DNA of 64,000 nucleotides. It comes from Cycas panzhihuaensis (lineage: Eukaryota > Plantae > Cycadophyta). The notes below the pieces were generated by a model. It worked only from the letters and a program-made list of their open reading frames with translations, did no database searches and was not told where the DNA came from. The stretch spans positions 222,711,741 through 222,775,740 of the forward strand of contig CM041465.1 of NCBI GenBank assembly GCA_023213395.1. Direction: 5' to 3'. Position numbers and translations under genes: made by a program. Positions 24,001-36,899 of this stretch are shown here, piece by piece; positions within the stretch are counted from its first letter, which is position 1; the number at the start of each line of letters is the position of its first letter.

Positions 24001-24699
24001 ATTTGATGATCTATTTTCTCTAGGATGATGACTCTACTGTCTAGACCAAAATCGCTAGAAGTACTTACCAGCGATCCTCCTTCCATTTCCTCAGTTTTGG
24101 CGCCAATGGTTGGAAGAGATCTGTGGCTGGGTGGGTGTACCTCTAAGGAAGAGGAGGAAGGAATATTACTTCCTTCCTCAGGTTGTAATAGGGGGGGGGG
24201 GGTAGGAAATCTACCTCAGGACCCATGCCTGAAGTAGATGGGGTGTCAGGATTACTATTAACTACAAAAAAACTACGAAAATTATTAGGTAAACTAAAGG
24301 TTTGTTGGTCTAGGTTATTGTCATTCTTTGAACTATCGTTAGTCAGCATATACTCAAAAGAATCTGAATTATTATCAATGTCTGTAGATACATATTTAGA
24401 TAACAAATTACATCTATAAGAAGAAAAGTTTACTTCATACGCATCCTATAGCCAGTAATCCACAAACCTCATATCGTGTTCGTCGTCCGAAGAGTTGTAT
24501 ATCTCCCCGAAATATGTCAGTTCTTCTCGCTAGTTATTATTTGATGTGGTGGGCTCTTCTGCCATATGGTAGATATGTTCTTCCCCAATGGAAGAGAATG
24601 TTGTGTCGCTCATAACCATTGTACTGGATCCTTCATCTGGAATCATTTCGATCAAGCTTCTCCCCAGCATCGGCAATACCACTTTGTTTCTGCTGTCTG

Positions 24700-25030
24700 T
24701 TAAGGTGAAGGTTACGTTCTTCCAATTCTGAAGGCATTGCATTTTATACAACCATGGCCTTCCCAAAAGTGCTAGATAGGGTGTTGCCTATTTCTCTGTT
24801 TCCACAATTGTGAAGTCAATTCGTACCACTATCCCCACCACATCTACCTTGATGTCAACCAGTCTGCCCATAGGTCATACCAATAATTCGTTGGCCAGCT
24901 TTAACGAATAGGTTGCTGCTTCCAGCTTCGGGCTTCCCAATTTACGCCATGTTGAAGCCGGTAACACGTTCACTGCTGCGCCTCCATCAACAATTACCCG
25001 TGGGAATGTTTCTCCCAAGACTGTCATGGT
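24700..25030 (-). pseudogene. aspartic protease of element B
   Basis: VIVDGGAAVNVLP (~24960-24995); LLGRPWL. Confidence 0.9.
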
Positions 25031-25290
25031 TTCCATCAGATCCATATCAAATGATGGTATGATTTGCTTCAGACTCTTGGTGATTCCCCGCTATAACACT
25101 CCTTTGATCCAATCGATAACTTGGCATAGAGGAATAGTCAACTGTAGCTGCTTCACCAAATTTTCCATTAATAGCAACATTCTGGGAATATCCTCTGCTG
25201 GCAATCCTTTAAAAACTCCTCCATTTGCACCATTTGGGGCTTCACCTTAGGTTCTTCCAGTAGATTTTCTTATTCCTTTTGTTTATTCTT

Positions 25291-27250
25291 TCATACATAG
25301 ACGTATTTGGTTTCCGGTTTACCTATTGGTAATGTGTTCTCTTCCCGGACTAGGCCATCCAAGACTTGTTTTGCTTTTCTGTATCGATCCATTTCTGTCG
25401 ATGGATCCGAATATCCTTCATTCAATTTCTCCTTTTGTTTATTTTGTAGTTTGACATTTTTTGTTTCCGGTATGATTGTCATTAGGTTGGTCGCTTTGGC
25501 TTTCCCTTTGCAATCTTCTGTTTTGTGGTCACTTGGGCCCACGATTACTATCTGAATGGCTTGTCAGATTCACCTTCGTTGGGCATTCTGACTTCCAGTG
25601 CCCAAATTGTAGACAGATGAGGCATCTACCCATTGGCGGTTTTTTCCTCGAGGGTTCTGGTACACCCCTTGTTGTATAAACATTCTGAGGTAGGTTGCCT
25701 CCCCTTCCCCTACCTCGTCCTCTGAAGGGTTTTCCCCTGGGATTGTAGAAACAATCCTTAGTTGTATGTGTATCAACGTCGCATATATGGCACCATCTCT
25801 CTTGTTGGTGCAACGCACTATTTTTTAAATTCAAGTCACATTACTTGGTGGTATGTGAATTTTCTTCACAAATGTGGCACCATTTGGTTACTCTTCCCAC
25901 ATGGTCCTTCTTTTTTGGTGTTTCTTCTTCTTCTCGATTGTTTCTGATTTTCAATCTAGCCACTTCTTTTCTCAATGCTTCCAATTCTGATTCCTCTTCT
26001 GCTACCCCTACCTGGCAGAAGGGTCGGTTGTATTGATTTTGCTTCAATTCTCTGATCTCATCTTGTAATCTTAGCAGCAGGGAGTCTTGTCCTCCTGCCT
26101 GCGCGTCCATTTCCATTTCAAAATCTAACGCTAGATCTTGAGCATTCTTAAACGATTTCAGTGGATGAGCATGCATCATAGCTCGCAATTTCTCGTTCAA
26201 CCCTCTTACAAAGTAGTTTTTCATATTGTGATCTGTTATTGTCTCATTAATCATGCTAGCCGCAATGATTTTCATTCTGCTAATGTAGGTTAGGACGGAT
26301 TCTCCCGGCCTTTGTCTGATTTCTCTTAACACAATTTCCACTGTTTCATTACTGCGAAACTTTTGAAATCTTTCTTCGAATGCTTTCTTAAGCTTTACCC
26401 ATGGTTCATTCTTATTTGTTTCCTTGTACCATGCCAATGGTACTCCTCTCAACATATAGGCGAATCGTGCTTTGATTTCTTTGATTTCGTCTTCGTCTGT
26501 AATCTTTTTTACATCAATAAGACTCTGAAATAGATACGCATGCTCTGTTGCATCTGAAGTATCATTAAAAATCAGTTTCTCAAAGTCTCTATAGTCATCC
26601 ATTTTGGGAGATTGCAACTGTCCCCCACCTGGTGGTGACTTTTCCTTTCTTCCCTCCTTCGGGGATGCCTTTGGGAGTGCCTACATTTGTACTATCTTTT
26701 CCAAGCAATGATTCTTGAATGGAGTTTTGATGTGTATGGGTTCCACTACACCTGGAACTTGTATAGTCAATGGTGTCACTGTAATATATGATTGATCAAA
26801 TCCCCTTTCTGTCGAATCTTCGAAAAGCTGTCTCGTTAGCTTGTTCTCCCAATATGCCGAGGGACCTTCCTCCACCTTCTTATCACTGTCACCTGGGTCC
26901 TTCGGACTGTCCTCCACAGGTATACTTCCCTCTTCTAAGGTTTCTGGATGTTTTTCATCCACTTTTGGTTTCCCTTCAATCTCTGGGCTAAATAAATCAT
27001 CTCTGATTGGGCTGGTGTCAATACCATGTGTTCGCCATTAGTTTCCTCTTCCTGAGGTGTCTGGGCTCCACTTGCCTCAGATCCTTCAGCAATGTCCCTT
27101 AGTCTCGTTGTTTTGCGAACTTAATCTCCTCGCCCTTCTGAGTTTTGCTTCCTTCGACCATCTTAGTGCCCTTTGTCTGTTGGTCTCCTTTTCCTTGGGT
27201 GAAGTATCCTTCTGGGGCTCCTCCGACCTTGAAGGCCTCTTAGATGACAT
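25291..27250 (-). pseudogene. gag: gag of element B with low-complexity N-terminal extension and multiple CCHC knuckles
   Basis: LRGVPLAWY..WVKLKKAFEERF..IRQRPGESV; knuckles CHICEENSHTTK*C, CHICDVDTHTTKDC and CLICLQFGHWKSEC. Confidence 0.9.
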
Positions 27251-27376
27251 TGGAAGGTCCCCTGGCTGCCGGTGGCTTAGTTACAGCCCGCCATCACGAC
27301 GATAGCCAGGGTCCTCTGCCCTTTACACATTCTTTTCTTTGAAACCCCTAGGTCCTGTCCCTCCTCAACGGACGTA

Positions 27377-27389
27377 GGCAACGGAACCA
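27377..27389 (-). promoter_or_regulatory. primer binding site of element B, complementary to the tRNA-Glu 3' end
   Basis: Minus strand TGGTTCCGTTGCC, 1 nt from the LTR. As recalled, plant cytosolic tRNA-Glu ends GGCAACGGAA-CCA. Confidence 0.75.
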
Positions 27390-27390
27390 A

Positions 27391-28225
27391 TGTTGACTGT
27401 TGGGTGTCTTATTACACTTACAAGATACCCCTTTCACTTGTCAAGGTTACCCAGTGTTATAGTCTAGTTCAGGATACTGTCAACATGGTCATTCATATAC
27501 ATTCCACATATAATTCACATATATTTCACAGAATGGTACATAGAAGTACAGAAATCAATACATACTCAGCAATTTATCACCACAACACAGAGAATACACC
27601 ATTTTCCACGTAACTCTTCCTTTTATTAAGTAATCAAGTCAATTTACAGAATGGAATGCATTCACGAGCATTCCAAAGACATCGATCCTTTTGTTACACA
27701 TGCGTACCCGGATGGTACTTATCATACAGTCTTTGCTCAATTGGCTGACATACGTGCTGGCTTCCGCACCTTTGCGTACCCGTGATAATTGACTCTCACC
27801 CTAACCTGGTGGTTCATGCGTACCTCCTTAAGTACTCATGTTGGTGCCTTTTGGCTGAAGGGTTATATTTTGCCGTCATAAGCTGTACCTCGATCATACG
27901 TGCCTTTCCATTAATCACTTGTTTAGGCACTTAATTAATTATCCTTTGTGTCCGTGCGTCAAATGCGTACGTCTGGCAGCTCAACAGGTCTTCACTGGTC
28001 CCTTTGAGTCATGCGTACCGCTTCCGCTCAGTTCCATTTCGCCGTTGGTACGTATCTGTCATACGTACCCGTTCTAGGTACGTACCTATCATACGTACCC
28101 AGAATGTCGATTTCTCTGCCGTTTTGCCTCGTGCGTACCTTCGTACGGTCCGTACCTGCACAACTTTGGTTGCCTAACCTACCTCTGGTCCTCTCACAGC
28201 CATTGGATCACTTTAGACTCCAACA
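27391..28225 (-). repeat. 5' LTR of element B
   Basis: Direct repeat of 17654-18484, adjacent to the PBS. Confidence 0.96.
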
Positions 28226-30542
28226 CTTTGATGCCTCCTTTTCCCATACCACAACACTTCACATCTAATGCATCCATAATATTGGACTCTCTATAAAATA
28301 ATTTAAGTTATTCATCCTCATTTATCTCACCCTTAGCCCCTTATGATATTAGAAAATAAGGGCACAACCTTCTTGTTATGATAACCTTATGTCTACCATT
28401 CTTGAAAGTTACTCCTTTTAAGGGATTAAAGCCAATTGATGGTCTATAAGTTTGCCGACTTTGATAGCACTTAAACTATGTCTTATTGTTACACTTCTTA
28501 AAAATGCCACCACACTACCAAATAAGTTTAATGCTAGAGAGCTATTATAGTAGGCCAAAGATACCAAATAACTAGAATTATAAGGAACAATAATATACCT
28601 AATCATGATAGTAAATAAAGGAAATTAATGATAATATTATTATAAAAATATTCATAGTCAAAATATCCTTATAATCAATGATATATAGGCAACTACTTTG
28701 TGCCTCAAGAGTACTCCTATGGAGCTTTCTACTCAAGTTTATCATAACTTGTCCTCAATTAGCATAGCCTGCAGCTATTTCTATCTCACTTTAGTCTTAA
28801 TCAACTTCACCTTCCCTGTCTCTTCATATTATGACCTTTGGCCTCTCAACTTCATTATCTCTTCACCTTTTAACTTTTGACCTTTCATCTTCCATGTTTA
28901 TTCGCTTTCTACTTTAAGCCTTTTAGTTTCTAATATTCTCTTTGCCTTCTTTGTCTATTTAACTTTTGAAATAATCTTCCTTTTTCTCCACGTCTCCTCT
29001 TCCTATACCTTCATTCCAACAACCCTTTAACCTATTACACATTAGAGCACTTAAAGAGAGAGACTAAATAAAAACTTTTTATAGACTCATTAAATGAAGT
29101 TATAACTAAAGTTGAGGCATATATTTTTCCATAATTAGGACCTTTTGAGACCCCAGATAATCTCATTATACTCCCTTTACCAATCAATGTAAAAATAAAT
29201 CTCCTTCAATATTACAATGCCTTTGTGATGCATAACCACTATCTTCCTAGTAATGTTGGTTAAAGTCTGAATGACCCTATTATGATTGTAGGATCTTTTG
29301 GTATTGTAATATGTACCACTATGAGGTTAAATAGAGTCCCCAGTCGTTAGTATTTATTTGAGTAGCCCTTTTCGTAAAGTGTGTTGATATTACCAAACCT
29401 AGCTAGTAGGTTTTTTATGACTAAAGGTTCTTAGAAGTGTCATGTCAAACTAGGTATATGACTTTAGAATGATGCTAGGTTGGAAATCCCCATTTGTCAA
29501 ATTAGAAATCTAGAAATAGATGTTTATAATCTTATGATCAAATTTTCCTTGCAACTTCTACAACTCAACACCCATGTCGCCAATTCCACAAATCAAAGCA
29601 AATTACTTAGGAAAAAAATCCAAACACACAATCAAGTACACCTTTTGTTCCATGGGCTAAACATCTATGGTATCACAATGTTCTCTTATTGATTTAACAA
29701 GATCAAAGTCTGACTATGGAACAGTCATAAGGCAAGTCTATTGAGAAGAAAACCCTTATGACTTGATTGCATTTTGTAAAATTTATGTATACATGAGGAA
29801 AAATTAATTGGCATGACCTTTTCATGTCTGTAAGATAACTAATTTTATTGCCAGTTAGTTTTTCATTAGGCGCAATTATGTGTAATAATTGCCTTTCGAT
29901 CATGCTAAAGGGAAGCCCCTTCAACTTGCTTTGAAGGGACATCTATATTTTCCAAATGATCACATACCTTCACATCAATCCAAAGAGAAATTTTCAAAAC
30001 TTGGGCTCAACTACTTTTCTCGCATTTGTACATCAAAATCTTGACTTCACAAAATGGTCACTACATCATATTTGTTCAAATCTCAAGCCCAAAAACACAT
30101 CATGAAGTGTATCAATATATCAAAAGCAAAAATCCATAAGCAATCAAATAGATGACAAATTTGACATAGATAAGGACCAAAATAGGCCTCATCATTTCCC
30201 TCCCAAACCCAAACTCTATGTCAGAGGATCAATCTGGTTGCTTTTACTTTCCTTTGCTATTGTCCCCTTCCTAACATTTCTTTAGTTGCCCTCATGCTTA
30301 AAAATGGAATGCTTACAAAGTACTTTCACTTTGAGGATATGCCTCTCTCAAATTCAACATTTGAGAGGATTTCTTCAATTACTTGGCCATTGGTTTCCTC
30401 AACAATTCATCTTGCATATCAAATCTGTGAACTAGCCCCTACAAATGTTGAATATCAAATGGCATATAGAGAAGGGAGGGTTGATACGTCATGTTACTCT
30501 CTTTAATATGATACTTCACAAATCAATAGATTAGCTCATCCA

Positions 30543-30750
30543 CACAAATTGAGGCTAATGCATATGTCTCAACATCAAATGGCTCTATTTCCTTAACCTC
30601 ATTTATCAACTCCTATTATCTTCCTTTTCTAGTGATTTATGCCCATACGAATCGAGGCTAATGCATATGTATCAATATTAAATAGCACTATTTCCTCAAC
30701 TTCATCCAAAATATCCTACAATCTTCCTTTTTTAGTGATTTTTGCCTTCT
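30543..30750. repeat. diverged ~103-bp tandem duplication
   Basis: GAGGCTAATGCATATGT at 30551 and 30654; ATCTTCCTTTT..AGTGATTT in both copies. Confidence 0.8.
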
Positions 30751-32209
30751 CCATTATATGCTTATTATCCTATGCCCAACGATGAATCAATGTTGGTTGA
30801 CTAGAGGCATAGGCCTCCTATAATATGGCATCCTTCATTAATATTTTATGAAGCATGAGAACAAATTCACCATCACTACCATTCGCTCTTAATCTTTGGG
30901 GAACCTCTATTTCTTTTCTACTATGCTCAATGACACACTTAGCTCTATAAATCTCAATTCTCTAGACTAACCTTAATGTTTTCAAGTGGATATTTCCCAT
31001 CAAAATATTGGAGTTATGATCCTTTCGCTCTTGGAAGTCCCCTATGAGGAACAAGCATGCTAGTAAGTCCTTATTCCTTTCATCATAAATAGTTTGAATA
31101 TCTTTTAGTGACTCCCTAGAATTGTTCATTAGAAGGCATTTGGTCAAAAGAGACCTCAACTCAAAGCCATTGTTCATTCTAAATATATTAAGGAACATGT
31201 TCATGATGACCGTCTGCAATTAATCATCAAGGCAATCATCCTTGAATAAAGTTGATCAAACTTGGAGGTATCTTACCTCCATGTTACTCCAAAGGTTAAC
31301 TCTTTTCTTCAATCATCGCCATTCTCTCCCTCGCAATTGTCACTTCCTACCTTAATGTTGTCAATCCAATACCTTGAAATAGAACTAGTATGCAATTTAT
31401 TTCTCTTTCCTCTATGTACCTCCGCAAGCAAAATATCTTGCTCTTTCAAGGCTTATATGCTTCTTTTAACTTAGTCGCATCTCCCTTCAAACTAAGTTGA
31501 AAGGAATGCAACTTCGTTTTGGTTCTCTTCCTTCAAAACATAAAGCTATGTATCTTGTAACAAATGTACCTCTCTTTCTGCTAAGCCCTTGAGATCTTGA
31601 TGCAATTCTACTATTTGGAAAGTATGAAGATACAGACACTCGAGTCAAATGCCCCTTGTAATCCAGTAGTCCATCTAGTTCTTGGAGCAACCCCTTTTTA
31701 GAGAGTTACTCTCTTTTTCTCCTTTTTGTGGCTAAACTCTATTAGCTTGCATGTTCAAGTCTTAATTTTTTCTTAAAGCCAACATTTTGTATAACAAATC
31801 TAACAACAATATGATGTACTCTTTTGTATATGATATAACATATTATTAAATTAATATAATTGCTTACAATAAATTTTATATAATAACCTTGATGTCTTTC
31901 CTCAAATACAAAGCATCACAAAGTAAATTGAGTTAGCATCTTCTTGAAAGATACTCCTCTTCTTGAACTTACCTACCACCAATGTAAACAACAACAAAGA
32001 ACTTCCAAATCTCTAAAATGTTGAAAACAAGGTCATATGGAAACCCTTTTTAAGTGGCCATAATGCTTGCTTTCCAACTGAAAATAAACTATGACTATTT
32101 GGAAAATAGGATAATTAAATCATAAGAGTTGATATACATTTGAGATTCAGCTTCTGTTGAAGCAAATAAATAACCACTAGGTTAGACATTCCATTGATCA
32201 TCTTACCCC

Positions 32210-34662
32210 ACAACCACCTCTTTATGGGCCGATCACAACAATGAACCTCTATAACAACATATTAACCAATAGCACGACTCTTAATATAGCCCACCTATTA
32301 AGAGTGCCTCAAATATGTGCATTCCCTGGTCAACATAAGGGATAGTAATAACATGAATTTAATATTACATCCCAACAATTTCCCATATAAGATTTAATTC
32401 GTGTCACCAATCAAAGATTACCAACAAAACAGTGCAAAGCCTTCATTAGACTGCAACCTATTTACTGATTTACTGTAAATCTAACCAACATATCACACGA
32501 ATATCATATAGATAAAAAACAACCTAAATGCATTAGAACCATGTAAACCATCAACACTTGTTGCAAAGCCCATGGAACAATTTGACTCTCATCCATTGCT
32601 CCCAATACAGTCTATAGGTCTATCTTCTCCTACAAAGTGCACTTCCCTTGTGCATATACACCTTCATCTCCAAACCTGAGCAAAGAACATGGGCTATTCA
32701 ACAACCCTTCACAAGTCTTGCAAATAACCATTACAACTGTCAAAAACCTTTCTGAACATGAACCTGTCACCTAGTTTATCTGAAGCACACTTGCACTATA
32801 ATGTGGCAAATTTCAACACATTGACCATGCACAACTCATAAGTTTTCATCAAAACTATGTTAAATATATGCAAACTGAACCATGCCTAAAATTTTGCCCA
32901 AAAAGAACCCTTTTTTAAATGTTTCACCATGAAAGCATCAAGTTTTCTTATTAAAATCTCCTTATCGATAAAATAGGTCATGTGGCCGCTCGTTTTAACC
33001 GCGTCAAAGCAAGGAATCTAATGAAATAGATGACGCCTCAATCTGACACCTCAATAAAATGTTATGGAAGAAACATTGCCAGTAAGTCATAAAAAAAAAA
33101 GAAAAAAAAAATGGGCAAAAAATCAAATAAGCCCCCTTCATAAATGCCCTCAGTCACTTTTAAAATGCCATACAACCAATCCAAGGGAATTGTGGACTAC
33201 ACACCACATTCCAAAACATTTTAATGTCATAATCTAATGTTTGAAAACATTAGAATGTGAAAAATAAATTTCAATGTTAACGTCGCACAACTCGTGTGAC
33301 TTCCATGAGCATTCTAGCAACTCCCATGCTCATTCTGAGCAATCAAATGATCTACAAAACACCAGACCAGGGTTTTTTGATGTTAAGAATCTAACGACAG
33401 CATTCATTTTTATAAAAAATTACCACAAAATGAGAAAATTGCAATTGGTAGGCTCCCAACAAGCTGCCAAATCCACCCAACACATTGCCAAGGTTTCCAA
33501 CAGATACAAAACTCACTTCTCAGGTCTCTGCAAGCAACTCTAAAACAATGGTACCTTCATTAATGACTACAATCATACTTGAAGAGACAAAACAATAGTT
33601 GGGAGATGCCCAACCATCCTTTGAAATTGCTAAACCCTAGATTAAGTGCCCAACAGTGGTGTACACCCTGCAGCAAGCAAGCAGATCACAAAACCAATGC
33701 CCAGCAACTCAGATCTACCATGAAATAGTCCACACAAGCAAACAACAGTGTGCAACCTCAGCCATTCGTCTTCACACCTCCATATTCTGGTTCGAATCAA
33801 AAATGAAAGGAATTTCATCAACTAAATTCGTTGCACCATATTTATCATTGCCCAACAGCCCCAAAATAAGGACTCTTCTCTGCACTGACTAGCCGCTGCT
33901 TCAACAAATGAACAGGACCCCTATACATAGCAGCAACCTTTAATTGGCAAAGTTCTTAAGATTTGGTATACACCTCAAATCTCCAAGAACTCAGTCTTCT
34001 TCAACATGCAACATTCTTGCTCAACATCGTCCCATGTTGGCAAATTTTAGCAATCAAATTGGGACGTCTCCACTATCTTCATCAACTACTCACCTTTACA
34101 ACAACCAACAATCTTCACTTCTCGTGCAATGAAGGTCCAAATCCTGCATGCATCCAGGTGTCCACAGGTGCCATAGTGGCTTTGACTCTAGGGCTCCCCC
34201 ACAATTGAATGCTCTTCACATCCAGCAGTATACCAACAAACATAACAGCGACCTAACTGCAAAACAGGTTTTAAACCAAAAATATAATTTTGAAAACACT
34301 TAACATATATGCTCACTACACATCAAACCTTATGGCTCTAATATTAGATGTTAGAAAATAAAAGACTAAACCATGCATAAAACATAAACAAAGAGATCAA
34401 ATAACCATATACTATGAAAACATGTCAATAGAATTAATGGAAGAATGCACATCCCTCAAAAGGTTTGCATTTATGATAAGTACATATATAGTGACAACGA
34501 GCTCTTTTGTAGGCTAATCACAATAGTGAGCCTCTATAACAACCTATGAACCAATAGCACGACTCTTAACATAGCCCACCTATTAAGAGTGCCTCAAACA
34601 TGTGCATCCCCTAGTCAACACAACGGATAGTAATAACATGAATTTAATATTACATTCCAACA
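32210..34662 (-). mobile_element. non-autonomous LTR element with no recognisable coding domains
   Basis: LTR 34349-34662 (TG..CA) and truncated copy ~32210-32377; degenerate Met PBS at ~34334-34346; short PPT beside 32377. Confidence 0.72.
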
Positions 34663-36899
34663 AGTTGTTTATAGAATATTCCACTACACCATCATAGATA
34701 GTTAGTTGGTTGATTACACTACTATTTTGAATTTACCCCTTTTCAAACTAAGAGTATTTGAAAAGAAAATAAAACTGAAATGAAATGTACTTCCTCCCTC
34801 CTGTATAGTGTTTCAACCTGGCAACCAATAGTGAGAATAGGCCCTGACAACATCCGTTGAAAGAAATCCAACACAACTCAATGCAAGAAAATGCGACTTG
34901 ATTGCTCCAAAACCATATGCTTTATCTACATTGTTACCATGTCCAAGTTCACTCTTGAATGGACCCTTAAGTGTTTATTGTTATAGAACTGTCTTCACAT
35001 TTGACTAGAATATCAATTGTTTGATTCAAAACATTTCTGCCTAGACACTAGTTGATCACCATCTCATATCATGCACTGGTCCTTGACACTTGACTCGCCA
35101 CTTTCATCATAAAGATTTAAAATATACTTCCTCCATAAAATTATCTTCTAGCATAGAAATTGAATATATGGCCATGTGCACAGTTATAAAACATCAAAAC
35201 AAGCGCACCCTAGTAACTCTTGGAAAGACAAAGCTCCACATAAACACAAAAGAGACATGGCTAACTCAATTATTTGACCTGAAACAAGATTGAGGAGAAA
35301 TAAGTTGAATTTATGGCAACAATTGTTTTCTATTGATCAGAAGCCAGTCAAGCTAGTAAGTATAAAGAATGTGGAAGTAAACATTTTCTGTCAGAATAGA
35401 TCTTCTATCATAGGGCATGCCAAGATGTCACGTGCATACTCAATATAGCAATAACAAAGAATTTTAAGGCATGGAAGCAAGAAGTTCTTCCTCTGCTGTC
35501 TCTGCTAATAGGTTGGTAATAAATAAAGCATTCTTTTACCTCAACAATGTCCCAGATGCAAAGGTAACCACTTTCTGTAAAACTGTATCTAGTATCATAG
35601 GGCATGCCCAGGTGCCACACACATGTTTCATATATGTATACCAAACATAGGATTTCAAGTGTTGGAAGCAAGAGACTTTTCCTCTGTTGTCTTTGTTTAA
35701 GGATCGGTAGTAATTTTATCACTCAAACAATGTCTGGGTCTTTAACCATGAATTCTGAATTGTCAATGATAAAGGAAAGCAAGTTCTCCACCTATCTGTA
35801 CAAGCATATGAAGAATGATGTCACCAAACTGAACTATGAGGAAAGCAAAGAGAACAGAAGAAATTTTATCAAAAGCTTGGATCAGATTTGGATTACAGGT
35901 ATCTTCTTAAGTTTTAAAAGGAGAGAAGGAACATTCTCCAATTATCTTGACAAAGTCAGCTAGACTATGCCGTGTCTCCATAAAAATCACCCACCGTCAA
36001 AGAAGAGGAGATCAGCAGAAAGAATGATTCAGAACTAGATCAAAAGAGGATCCCAAACTCTATTACTATGCTGTCATTAACCAACAGGGAATACCTTTTA
36101 ACTTCATACAGTCGCTAGTTGAGCCCCTTAGTATTGTCAACTGCTAGGGATGAACACAGCTAAAGCCCAGATTCAGAGACAATGCACCTAAAGCAGGTGT
36201 CTGTACCCTTAGTGAATCTATGCTATAAAAATCAGACATAAAACAGGCCACCAAAAGCAAGCATTGCATATACTACGGATGCATAAAAGGTAGACAAAAG
36301 TCTCTGCTACCAACTTAACCAAGACCCGGAAAAGACGTTAGTCCTAACCTCAAAGATCATCTTACTTGTATGCAGCCCAATCATCAACGCTACCACACTA
36401 TCCAGCTCACACCTCCAAGACAAAGTCTGCAAGAACCATTAGAGAGGAAAGGACTGCAACCAGAACAACAGCCAAACAAACTCTGCTGCTAGGCTAACTC
36501 CACCAGACCCATAAGGCTGTAGGACTGCAAAATAAGCCAAAAAGCAGCCTTAAGCAACTAGAAAAGGGATGAGGAAAATTGAAAGATCAAAAAAGAAAAA
36601 CTTTAAAATAGTATTATTATTTCCATTAGCAATAAAAGGGCCTGTTTTGGACATAGAATTTTCTTTTGGGTTAGGCAGTGGGATCCCTATTAAGGCTAGG
36701 GGTATAGGGTTGACACTTTCATTATTGATAGTACACCAGCCTCCGCACCGAACTGTGTGGTGCCATTGGATTCATAAGGATCACAATTATTGTTGCATGG
36801 TTGAGGCTCCAATTCACAAAAAGGTACCTTTATGCCCCATCCTCCAACATTCATATTCTGTAAGTGTTGTGTGATTCAGCACTTGTTGAATCTTTTTTG

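Larger units (their letters stand above)
17654..28225 (-). mobile_element. Element B: complete Ty3/gypsy LTR retrotransposon (non-chromovirus, Athila/Selgy-like), 10.6 kb
   Basis: LTRs 17654-18484 and 27391-28225; TSD CTTTG (17649-17653 and 28226-28230); PBS; gag-PR-RT-RH-INT order; no chromodomain seen. Confidence 0.96.

Noticed and set aside
28400-31900. Possible gag or other coding relics on the minus strand
   Set aside because: Too decayed; no motif could be read with confidence.
35406-35740. Weak ~187-bp duplication and ORFs 35408-35722 / 35604-35963 as host genes
   Set aside because: No recognisable protein; similarity limited to short anchors (TATCATAGGGCATGCC, GGAAGCAAGA).
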